Made by a program: the position numbers and the translations under genes. From NCBI RefSeq assembly GCF_964204645.1, contig NC_134029.1, forward strand, positions 6,882,001 through 6,946,000: a DNA stretch of 64,000 bases. Reading direction: 5' to 3'. The notes beneath the pieces were generated by a model. That model saw only the letters and a program-made list of their open reading frames with translations. It did not search any database and had not been told where the DNA came from. This DNA is from Tubulanus polymorphus (Eukaryota; Animalia; Nemertea). Of the stretch, positions 11,829 through 28,140 are shown piece by piece. The first letter of the stretch is position 1. Every line of letters begins with the position of its first letter.

Positions 11829-14800
11829 TCATGTATCACCGACCATACCGCGTGATGCGTCGTCACCTCGTTTGCTACGCGAATGCCTTTTTCTAAACGA
11901 CATCGATATCTGTTCGATCGTTTTGTTTTTCGTCTCAGGAAGTTGAAAGAACATGTACAACCAAAACATAGCGTTCAGTACAACGAACGGTATGAACGTG
12001 TATTTCCCCATATTGAACTGAAAAACGAACACAAAATTCATTCATCATTTCATGTATAAAATTCTCTGGAAACTTTCTAATTCATGTTAGATTAATTTTT
12101 CAAAACAAATTGATAGTTCCAAAAATTCATTTGATGTCATAAGGGGTTTGCGGAGAGAGGAAGACATTTAAAAAAAAATTTTGAACTTTTTCTAAAAAGA
12201 CAGTTTAACAGCTCATTTATTTCATGAACTGATTCTTAACAGAAAGGTGGCAGTCAGTTATAAGTTACCATGGCAACTAGCAGTACATCACGGATACACT
12301 CATCCCTTCCATAACTGATATTGATTTCAGTATTTCATAGTTAATAAACAAAACCCGCAGTTGATGATTTGACAATTTATTTTCTGACAGTTCAGAAGTT
12401 TTGACTTAACTTTCAGAAACTGTCAGAAAATTGTCAAATCATCAACTGTGGGTTTTGTCGATGAACTCATCCCTTACCTGCATTTGAGGAAAGCCTAATG
12501 CTATTATAATTTGACAAAGCCAATTAATGAGTACAGCTATACTCATTGCAGCGCCGCGTGGGCCTTGAGTGAAAAGCTCAGCTACGATAAACCATGGAAT
12601 TGACCCTAATAAATAATCATTCAAACAAATGATATTACGCAATGTACTCAAATTAATGAAATAGATGAACGATTTCTGTGGTATTGAAATGTACGCTTAC
12701 CTAATCCGATAGAAAAGAAACCAACAAATGCCATCACCGATACTATACTGATGTATGAAAGCCAACTGTAACTATCCTGGGAATCAAAGAGTAGAAATTT
12801 TCATAAGAAAAAGTTTAAAGACTTTGTCTGCTTCGAATGTAATGTTACTTATGAGCAATATTATGAAGGACTGCCAATCTTTTTAAAACTGGATGCCGCC
12901 CAGTTTTCGCAAAAATTCAGAATTTCAACTCAATTTTTCAGTACGCCGTTAGCTATTGAAAACACCACTTTTCAGTAGCAATTCATGAATGACTAAGACT
13001 TTACCTTGAATGAGAATGTTATCGTGAGAATTGTTATGAAGATCCACATTCCACCGAGTGACGCGAGTATCAATAAACGTCGACCGGCTAGATCGATTAG
13101 AAGAACCGATATCACCGTCACGAAAACGATAACACCTCCTACACCTAACGTCGCGTAAGACGCGTGATCCGGTGTCAGCCCTGAATCACGGAAAATACTC
13201 GTAGAATAGTAGATAACCTACAAATAGCACGAAATGAAATACACTTATTTTTTGTAATTTTAACATTTTGATGAGTCCACCATATGTTGCTGAGAGCAGT
13301 GAAAACTTCTGTGGTTTTATACTATTATGGCAGAAGAATTGTAATTAGTCATAAAGCATATCTTTAACTTTCAATGTGTGCATATTGCCGAATGCAGACC
13401 AAGGGTTACCTGGCCTCTGTACAGTATCTCGTAGGTTTTATTGATGACTGGGTAAATGGAAACAGCGGGTCGTACCTAAGGTACCACCCAGGAAAATCTG
13501 GAGATGGTGGACATTTTGTTGCTGCGCGTAGTACTTACTGCATTTATTCCGGACAATTGTTGCGCAATCTGCATAACAATACTCAAAATAGCTGGTGTAC
13601 GTAGATGGCTCACACGGAATAGATCACACATTGCGAACTGAAATCAATCACACAGGCTATCTGCAGTTAGAATTTTGCTAGCACAGCATTTGCCATAGAT
13701 TTAATTAGAATTATGATCTGATCAATGGACCCATGTGTCTGAAAGTGATTGCAAAAAGAATTTACCTTTGGTTCCAACCGTGCTAATTCTTGTTCGGCTT
13801 TCATTTCAATAATCTCCATATCTACATCCGGAGTACCCCTCAACTCAGTTAGAGCTGCAGAATGGATGAAATAACTTTAGTTAAGGTCATCATTTTCTAT
13901 ATATTTCTGATAGTAGATATTTTGCTGATCCCAAGTTATATAATATACATTCGTACTACTCGTTAATCTAACATATCACTTAAGAAATTGTGTTTAAAAC
14001 CGACCTTTTCTGGCCATGTATTCATCATGTTTCATCAACATCAAATAACGCGGAGATTCTGGACAAAATGGGAAAATCACTACTTGAATCAGGGACATCA
14101 GTCCACTTAAACCTGAAACAATCATGAAAATCATTTATTAAAATTCTGTATGAGAGTACTTTCAACTTGGTGAATGTATTCAGATTAGTGCCAAATCCAG
14201 GGGTTATCAGTTTAATACTGATGTTGTCAGTTACCCTCGACAAAAAGGAACTGACGATATGTGAGGTCTGAAGAACAGAAACATTCACAAATTTTTCTTA
14301 AATAAACAGTTATTAGAAACAGAATGCGAAATACCTAAAAGAAAAGGCCAACGATCGTGTGTTCCGAGACAAACTTCTAAGCCGAGTACTTGAGATACGA
14401 GCACAGCGATTGTAATAGTCAGTTGATTTACAGAACCAGAAGCCCCTCGTAGTTTAACAGGCGCAATCTCTGACAGGTACATTGGAGCTAATCCAGTATT
14501 CAACCCTAGATATAGATTTGAAAATACATGTATATTACTTCATTTTTCTTCAAAATAATCATTACATATCGACGATTGCTTTGATTTCTGATTTCAAGTC
14601 TGGTTTTTCACGATAGAATATAAAAGTATCTATGAGACAAATCCCGCAATAATTCAGCCAAAGATGTTGAAGTTCATGAGTAAATGGTTTATGTATTATT
14701 CGAGCAATGCTTTGGCTAAAGACTGTAGACTAAACATAATGTGTAAACATCACAACTTAGAAGTATCCATACCTGCATTAATTCCCATTAATAATCTTCC

Positions 14801-17085
14801 AATGATAAGCATTTCATAAGATGGTGCATATTTGCTACCAAGCATTAAACCAGCGCCGATGAATGATAAAATTGAATTTAGCAATATTGCCTTCTTCCTG
14901 AAAATATGAACAAGATATATCTTGTATATATACAAAATTGCACTAATTGACATCTGCAATAAGGAATTCTTTTGTCACACATGAAATGTTCATGAACTAA
15001 GGATTTAATCGCTGGCAGCTAGCCATTTTAAAAGACCGTTCCTGACAAAGACAGGGATAGTTGACCAGTTGTATAGAAGGCAACCCTTCAAAACAAATAA
15101 CTAACCTTCCAAAGAAATCAGCTACAACTCCGGCTGAAATTCCTCCTATCATTCCACCGAGACAAAAAATGGCTACAATGATTGACCACATCAATGTGAT
15201 TTCCGAGGCAGAGAACGGGTCACCACCAGTCTTTTTAGCATGAGTCTCATTTAGAAACTCTTCCAGCACCTAAAAGATATAAATGTTTAGCACTTTGTTT
15301 GATAAATCCGCAAATTCTTTAGGCCCGCCAGAGAAAATTATCAAATATCAGTCATCAGGCATTTGTGTTCAGGCATTTGAGTTTGTGCCAAAGAAAGAGT
15401 TAAGGTTAAAATCGGTCAGTAAAACTGCCCCCTAACATGATGCATAAACAAGAAAACTTTGAAAGGCATGTGGAAATTTTGGTAGGTAGTAATCAATTTT
15501 GCATCTAAGTTATAATGAGCAACTTTTGATTATCAATTTGGAATGACAAAATAGCATGGTTCACTGGGATCTAACTGACCAAGGAATCTTTCTTCAAACA
15601 GTCTTTTCATACGAAAGCTATGGAAAACCATGGCAGCTTTAATTATGGGTCTAAGCGTAGTTTACTTACCAATTGGGGTGCATTGACGACCCCCGTATTA
15701 TAACCGAAGTTAAACGAAGTTCCGATAACGCATGCCGATATAGAAAACAAAAGCTTCCCAGTTAGCAACTAAAAATAGAAGATAAAAGATAAACGTAAAA
15801 TAAATCAACCACTGTCTGGGTGGGGGCTATTGGCAGTAAAAGAGTAGTTGTATATACCTGGATACCTCAAACAGCGAGCACTTCTCTTGCTCTCTGTATA
15901 TAATTAAAAGATACCCACATTCAAGGCTTTTACAAAAATACCATACCATTCTCTAGTCTGGTGGCGTAGTAGGACATTTTAGCACCTTATAGGGACACCT
16001 GATAAAGGGTTCTATACGTTATACGAATGTATATGGGTATTAACGTAAAAGATGAGAATAAAATCATATCCGTCGACCTAGTTTTACATGCATTTTACTA
16101 TGATATCATCATCAAAACTAATTACCTCCTAACTAACTAATTAACCTAAAAAAACCCTATTTGAAATGAAAATACAATATCCTCTATGATATAAGGTCTA
16201 TAGTTTGAAGAATGTCATTTCAACTCAATAAATAAACTTTTTACATATACTTTTTTATTTTCACTACATTTCAGAGTGGTAATTCTCAACTGTCATCATT
16301 GTATACTCAACAGTACTACTGAGTTTTACATAACCCAATTTCCATTTTTTTTTTTTAGAGAAAAGCATACACAGCAGACTGAAATGAACATGTTAGTTAT
16401 CAACCGTAAGGTGATACAGTGACAGATCCAGGGGGTCTTCTGAGACTTCCCGAAAACCCTAAAAATGTCTACTGCTCCTTTTATACAGAGACACTTTAGA
16501 TAACAAAGCGGCGTTCGCATGTGGATAACTAACACTATGGCACTAAGTGTTCACATCTAAGCTCAGAATCTCACTCATTTTACTCTCTAATGCGTATGTC
16601 AAATGACACAATTTTATCAACAACAGAAGAACTCTTTGAAAGGGGTGGAACTTAACAAAGGGTGGGAAAAGGGCATGCCTGTCAAAAGGACCACATATTC
16701 TCAGAACTGCCATCAAATATTGGTACATTTGTAGATTTCGCCATGTGCATGTTGGGTTCCATGAATCACAAAACCAACAACCAAAAAAGTGTTTATTGCA
16801 CCCGGAGAGACATATTCATTCATATATAGTGCATATACTAAGAGAATATTCATTAAAAATCATATTAAGTTTATGGAACTACTCAGTCAGTGATCACATG
16901 CGTGCCACATGGTATGTTGCATTCGAATATGTATCACATGCTTTATTCTATACCTTTCCCCTGGGATCCTCGTTTAGATGTTCAGCTATTTCTCTAACTT
17001 CCGATATATCCGGCATATGTTCATTGTTCGATTCATTCTCGATGCATGGTTTTAATTCGACGGACTCATTCTCTTCTTCACCCAT
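11829..17085 (-). CDS. Facilitated glucose transporter (class I GLUT, SLC2A1-4-like), proximal-promoter isoform, ~530 aa, 12 exons
   Basis: Exons 17085-16954, 15768-15670, 15269-15106, 14897-14773, 14505-14335, 14112-14005, 13854-13766, 13637-13539, 13217-13005, 12776-12701, 12605-12478 and 12017-11829. Motifs [64 protein letters not shown] and PETKNKT. Confidence 0.93.
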
Positions 17086-18911
17086 TTTCTGCTATAATCC
17101 CCGCAGTCTTCGCACAATATATATATGTATATTATATTCTATTCTATAATTCCGACCGATCGATAGATTTACACAGTTATCTGAACATCTGCTACTGAAA
17201 TCAATGAATCCCACGACAGGCACAAAAATTAACAAACTGAATCGTTTTTCGTAGTTCCGACTCTCTGTATACCGCTCCCATCACAACACAACTGAAGCTA
17301 ACACCTATACCATCGCTCTGTATAGTCACAGGTTGCTGCTCTACAAGCTCGTCTTAAATATCAATATGCATCTATGCTCTCTCTCATGGCGAACGAGCCA
17401 ATAATGCTCGCTATAGTGTTTATATTTGACCCTCAGTTGACAGGTGAAAATTGGCATTAGCTAATATAATACCCCAACAAACGCTAGCGCTTAGCGTAAA
17501 ATATTCAGTTGTAAATGTCATTAGCAATGTAATGCGACCAACTATGTATAACGAAAGGGCACATAAATAGGTATCCTCATTTCAATTGAACAAAGGTCAC
17601 CTGAGGGTTTCCCAAATACCATCACAAAAAGCAAGCAGCATATTTTTGTAAGCCATTTGTCTAGCATTTCATGAAATGGATATTGTGCGCAGACATTTGA
17701 ATACAAGTTTGAATAAAAGAAAATATTCGGATATTTGTCAAATGGGCAATTAACTCAGAATTCTTACACGGAAAATAGTTTTTCCACTGTTTTTTTTTCT
17801 ATGTTTTCGACCAGAATAGACGGAATAACGAGAGTAACACGCAGTGGTTTTATCGATTCAAAGACTTGTTTTCGATATATTCCATTTTCATTAGTGTTTT
17901 CAAACTCAGTTAAAGGTCCAATTTCTTTTAAACGAACCACCCAAATATTTGGACTGGAGATGCCCTCCTCGCATATATAAAAATTCTATTCACTACACCA
18001 ACAATGACTATCACCTTGACTAACGTTCAGTTTTACGATAATAACGTTCACAACAGAAGATTGCCCGGGATCTAAAGCCATACTGATATAGGGCCTATTT
18101 CTTTGGAAAAATCTAGGGGCATTGTAAGAGCTAGATCACAGGATTCATGGTTAAGCATTTGTAGGCTAGAGCAGGGGTGGATCTAACATGAAAGAAGGTG
18201 GTTGCTCTGGGTTCGCGCATGCTAAGGCAGTTCTTGCAGAAACGTATCACTTAGTTTTTCAACCTACTTCATTCCATGTGATTAAACTAAAAGACCTCGA
18301 GATGAATATATGCATAAGATGCCTAGATGTGATTTGATAACTTGAGATTAACTAATGAATTAAAACAGTAGAGTATCATGTTAGCACATCATGTATTCAG
18401 TGTGATGGATTCATGTGATCCTACATGATAAAATGAGACACTCTCACATGATGAAACGAGATACTCCGACATTGAAACGATGTTTTGGCAACAAAAGATG
18501 AATTTATTGCACGCGTTTTATTCGCTGAAAATAGAACTAAAGTGGTATGCGAAATATGTGCGCATGAAACTAAATCATAGTCCAGTTACCTGGGCTGACT
18601 ATAGGGTGGTAGGCAACTTTTGTTTAATGAATGAGTTACTAGTCAAGTATCCTGCTGTCGTACTCGAAAAATTTTAAGGTCATCTGGTAGGTCTGTACGA
18701 ACAGGCAATGCCTTAGATCGACTGGTATTTTCTTTTTCTTTTCTATCATGTACAACATAACCAACAAACAGTCCAGACAGCTTGTCTTTTTACACCACAA
18801 TGCCTATTCTCCGCAAACTCGAATATCCGGTATTTTGGTGTCCGGTATCCGTGATACTAGAATAACCATAAAATAATCAAGTATTCAGATAGGGGTAAAA
18901 CCCTAAAACCC

Positions 18912-19019
18912 TGGGGCCAGTTGCACAGTCGTGACTTAAGTCCAAAATTGGTCTTAAATCTTAAGATTGGCTTTAGAACTGAGTTGGTCTTAGACTGGTC
19001 TTAAGTCTAAGCCATGACT
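18912..19019. repeat. Dispersed MITE-like repeat; inverted copy at ~38148-38257
   Basis: ggccagttgcacagtcgtgacttaagtccaaaa...gactggtcttaagtctaagccatgact is matched in reverse complement at 38148-38257. Confidence 0.65.
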
Positions 19020-19049
19020 ATGGAAAATTAGGTGCCCAATTTCGCGGTT

Positions 19050-19700
19050 TCGTGGTGAGCTTTTATAATCGGACAGTCTGATACCAACTTATGGTTATAA
19101 TATCCGCCCGTGAAACTAAACCACATACATGTAGTGCCCATCCGATTAAAGCTTTAAATGTTTTGCCAATTCAGCACTTTTGGTGTAAATGCTTTTTTGC
19201 CCATAGCTCATTCTGATTGGTTACTTATCTTTCACATACAGAAGGTAGGCCTACTAGACTGATGATTTAAGATCAAGACGGCATCAAAGAGAAATTGGTT
19301 AAAAATCAGGATTTGAACCCATCTCCTGTTGTACTAGAGTAGCCATCAACCTAACCCTAACCTGGTTAATTACTCAATTATTTGTGGTAAGCTTTTATAA
19401 TCAGATAGGCTTATTCCAACTATTTGGTACGTGAAAATATCAGATTGTGAAACGAAGGCAGGTGATATTTTGCCAATGCGGCATTATACTTGTTAACGCT
19501 ATTTTACCGATGGATCGTTTTGATTGGCTAATTTGCTAATTTAAACCACGCATGCACACAGAGGTGCACAACTTGGAAATTCAAGAAGAGTGTGTAGAAC
19601 AGAGTTAGAAAAAATGGGAAAATGCAGCGGACGGAGCACTATTCGAACCCGGGCCAGCAAATTGCTAGCGCAGCGTCTTTCAATGGGAGGTTCCACTGAG
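19050..19700 (-). mobile_element. Two tandem diverged copies of a putative tRNA-derived SINE
   Basis: Direct repeat with a ~330-bp period (tggtgagcttttataatcggacag..ttttgccaat..tgattggtta vs tggtaagcttttataatcagatag..ttttgccaat..tgattggcta). Each copy is followed by a minus-strand B-box (gatttgaaccc ~19310; attcgaaccc ~19641). Confidence 0.5.
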
Positions 19701-19758
19701 GTTCTTGCCAGGAAAGTGAGGAGAATAGAGGTAATTGAGAATTGCCAGTCGTCGATTT

Positions 19759-19827
19759 GCCCAGGTAGCTCAATTGGTAGGGCAGTTGTCCGGCAAACGA
19801 AAGACCCGGGTTCGAGTCTGGTCTAGG
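19759..19827 (+). pseudogene. tRNA-like sequence (tRNA pseudogene or SINE head)
   Basis: A-box TAGCTCAATTGGTAG, B-box GGTTCGAGTC and a downstream T-run. Stems are imperfect, so it is unlikely to be a functional tRNA. Confidence 0.5.
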
Positions 19828-20106
19828 TTTTTTCGAATTCCTCGAAATTGATTATTTTTCGGATTCCCCTTTACTCTTATCCTAAGCCTAAAACCTTACT
19901 CGCATGCCTATCAAAACAAATTTTCAGATCATATAATGGCAAAATAGTGTTTATAGAATAAAGGGGCACCAGCACCTGAGCAGGGCCAGTCAATGAATCA
20001 GGCCAGGCGAGCAGGCGAGGTCTGAGAGTGAGACTGACTGAGAGGTCATGATTTCATACGTTTCATGGTAAGACATGCCTAAATGACAACTATGACGAAT
20101 ACTTAC

Positions 20107-20223
20107 CGACTTTTTCGGTGAACCTAACAGTGTTTCGCTGTCTGTATTTCCTTGGCCCAATGAAGAAACAGCATTTTCTTCCAGTAAATCATCATCTTCA
20201 CGATTTACAATACACGTCGCCAT
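20107..20223 (-). CDS. Alternative (distal) first coding exon of the GLUT gene: MATCIVNREDDDLLEENAVSSLGQGNTDSETLLGSPKKS
   Basis: aaaATGG start, 39 codons, phase-0 GTAAGT donor at 20106 that matches the phase-0 acceptor of the GLUT exon at 15768. I found no other minus-strand gene body that it could join. Confidence 0.7.
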
Positions 20224-20296
20224 TTTGAAAGGTCACATGATACAAATCGGGGTGCCGGAATGTGCTGCCACCAGTGGTCGACTACAACACTAACCC
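20224..20296. promoter_or_regulatory. Very compact bidirectional promoter (GLUT distal exon / PDCD7) with M-box/CLEAR-like and ETS motifs
   Basis: 73 nt between divergent ATGs, containing GTCACATGA (20232-20240) and CCGGAA (~20255). Confidence 0.5.
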
Positions 20297-21888
20297 ATGG
20301 ATGGTTCATTATTTGATGTAAGTAAGCGAAACCAGGTTCGTTGACTTAGGCACCTACTGAACAGGCCTATACTCGTACCCCGTATGTTAAAATTAAGTAT
20401 ACACTGTTCATTCCTACTTATGCGTAGCTGAACATAAACGAAACTGATAATGCCAGCAGGTTTCTGGTTATTTTGTCTTAATCTACAGTATTTCTACACC
20501 CAGCCTTCCGCCAACTCCAAAAGGGCTCCTCCGTCCAGCAAAGGGATTCTACACGGGTTGTGTCATCAAAAAGAGAAGAAACAAAGCCAAGGCTAGCTTC
20601 AGTTCAAAAAGCTGTTCAAAGCCAAAAAAAGGCAAAATTTCGAAAATCTAGACTTATTTTGTTTAGTGACATTTCATAGCAACTGATATCATAATCTACG
20701 TTATGGCTTTGAAACTATAATTTATTTTAAAAAGAATTGGGGCCATGAAAAAACATTCAGAAAATTTTAGGGCCCCTCTGGCTCCGCCTCTGGTATAACA
20801 TGCACCCACTGTGACTGTCTGGGAGGCTTTCAACTGTCACTGGATTTAATCTTTATTGTTAACACATTCCTTTCCCCGGGGTAAAAATCAAGTTTCGGAA
20901 CTGAAATTTCTACTCTTTCAGGTACTTTGAAGTCAGCGATGAGCAAAACGAAACGATGATGATGGAACAACTTCGCGAAGGCTACAAATTACTGAATGAA
21001 TTAGAAAAACAAAAAATAACATTACAACAACAGGAATGCGTCGATGAGCCGGAGAAATGGACTCAAGTGTATCAAGCAGCGATTGAAAATAAAACGAAAT
21101 TGACTGAAGTTTTATCCGGATTTGACGAACGTTTTTTGGTCGTTACCGAAACTAAACTAAAAAAGCGTCGCAAGAAAAGGGAATTAGCGAAACGTCGACG
21201 TGAAAGAGATTATCTCGACCGCCAGGAACAGCTCAGACAGCGGGCGGAACTTCATCAGAAAATCGACCAATGGCAAGCGTCGATCAGTCACAAGATTTCC
21301 GACGCGAAACGCAAGAAAGAACTGAACGAACAGGCGGATAAAGTGCTCGCCGAGGTTCGACAGAAATTGAACGACGTCAATCGTAATATCGATTTCATAA
21401 AAACGTTGGTGAAATTGCGTAAACTTCGCAAAGAGGCGGCCGTGCGTAAGGGGTTATACACGCCGACCGACTGCGACGAGAAATTCGAATCGCGCAGCGC
21501 CGTTCTAATGTCAATGCTCGAGCTGCAAAAAAAAGACTACACCGGCGAGCAGCGCACCCTGGAGGCGATGCTCGTAAACGAACAGCTCGAAAATTTGAAA
21601 AAAGAGGAAGCCGCGGAGGAGCGTTCGCGCGTTAAAAAGGAGAAAGTCGTTCGCAGGAAGATTTTCGGTCGGTCCGATTCGCCGATGGATATGTCCGATC
21701 CGTTGTATATGTTCAAACAGTATTACTTACAAGCCGAGTTCAATCCGGCCGCGTTGGTTCAAATTCGGAAAGAATGGGATTTCTTTTTGGTGCCTCAGAA
21801 TACGCCCGGTAGCAGTACGGTTCCGATGTCGTGGGTTCTACCGGCTGAACCGTCGAGCGCCGGCTGGGCGACCGCTTTAAAGAAATGA
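20297..21888 (+). CDS. PDCD7: Programmed cell death protein 7 / U11-U12 snRNP 59-kDa protein
   Basis: Exons 20297-20317, 20504-20556 and 20922-21888 join in phase (first two tentative). The coiled-coil ORF has ADKVLAEVRQK, LRKLRKEAAVRKG, FKQYYLQAE..ALVQIRKEWDFFLVP..GSSTVPMSWVLPAEPSSAGWATAL, typical of the PDCD7 C-terminus. Confidence 0.9.
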
Positions 21889-23608
21889 GACATTTTGTAC
21901 ACTACATCTGATTGTGTGTTTTATTTGGTACAAATAGATATTTGCATTTATTTCGTAATGAATAGCTCAATTCTTACTCTTTACATGATGGTCTTGTTTA
22001 TTGAATCGTTTATCTGTTCAAGCTGAAATTCTATCAAAGGGAATGCTTTAAAGATTAGTCCAGACATTTTATCCTGAATGCATGTTACTACAGTGGATGA
22101 ATTTTTCTACCAGCCAGTTACCCCTGGAAGTATTACCAGAAAAGAACAAAATGGGGCTTTCTGAATCCCAGGGATTACGGTCCAAAGGGTAAGGGTAGGG
22201 TTACTTTAGGAATAAGTATCGAAAAAGACGTTCCAGCAGTTGGCTTGTTAGTTCAGTCGGTAAATTGGTACACTAGTACTAGCGTGTTCAAATCCCAATT
22301 TTCGCAATACCGGGCAAATTTCCAGATAAGTCCAGCGGGTTTGTGCATGCGCATTGGGGAACCTAACCTTGGGAAGTAGAAAGCTTACCTGTTACTTCAA
22401 TCTCACTTATCGTCATAGCTGGGATGATCATTATGTGGATGACTTGTCCAAATGATGACTTACACTAAATAAATTGAATTGTGACTCAATGAATAGTGAC
22501 AGCTTAACAGAGAATGAATATTGAGAATCATTTCACTGATATCCACTTGAAAATTCTGTTTCGTGAAGTTCCACTCTGCATGATGGCAAGGAAGTAATGA
22601 ATATGGTAGGCAAGTCAAGGTCCCTTATCTGTCCATCTGAAGTACCAGTTATCGAAATACAGTCCCGTCAACTAACTACTGGATAAAGCAACAACCACAA
22701 ATTATTTGAAAACTTTCTCATAATTTATTAACACTTTCAGCTGAAGAAAATCTAGTTAAAACCGGAATACTGACAGGGAATGATTTATACTGAAACATGA
22801 TTTATGGCACACAATGTTATCAAACCAAAACATTAACAAAAAATGGCAAGAATACAGCAGAAACTTTGGGACACGTCGTGAACTCAAATGTAATAAGCCA
22901 TTATTGACAAAATGCAAAATTGTTTCTGATTGTTTCTGCCAAATTAAAAATGAACTACATGTATCAGAAAGGAGATCTAAGCACTACTAGTGGTTTGTGC
23001 CATTAAAACCTTACCCTAGGGAAGTGTATATCCAATCGTGTCCTACAATGTAGGACATGATTGGACATTATGCTCATGTAACAGGTGCATCATCCGCATT
23101 CCTAATTTGCAGTGAGATGGGGAGAGAAATCCATACAAATTTGCATATTACGTAATAAAGGAAATAAATTCTAATACTGAAAGATTTCAGAAAGTAGTGA
23201 ACACATCTTAACACAAAAACTTCCGAATTATCTCTTAAACTCGTACAAACAATTATAGAACCATTGCAACATAATGTGAATTTAATACCTTCATCTAAGT
23301 TGAATTATCGCTTTACTCAAACAAAAATTACTGGTCCAAAAATAATTAGAGTTAAGAGTCTAATTCAACATGTTTAACACTACTTTTTGAAATCAAATGT
23401 CCTATTGGAGAGCTATATTTATAGCTATAGCAGTATTAGAACTATCCTTTCGTTCGAATATGTTACAGGACGGTTTATGAAACGAAGTAATCGCAATCCA
23501 TAGATTTTCTCTGTATCAGCCGTGCCGTCGTTCATCCCTGACAGAGGTTTTTGTTACTCATCACATTCAAACACGTTAAAAATCCTATTTAATCCGTTCA
23601 ACTCGATT

Positions 23609-28140
<4,532 letters not shown>

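Noticed and set aside
19347-19362. Telomere-like aacctaaccctaacc (also near 22186-22203)
   Set aside because: Only 2-3 degenerate units, inside repeat-derived sequence.
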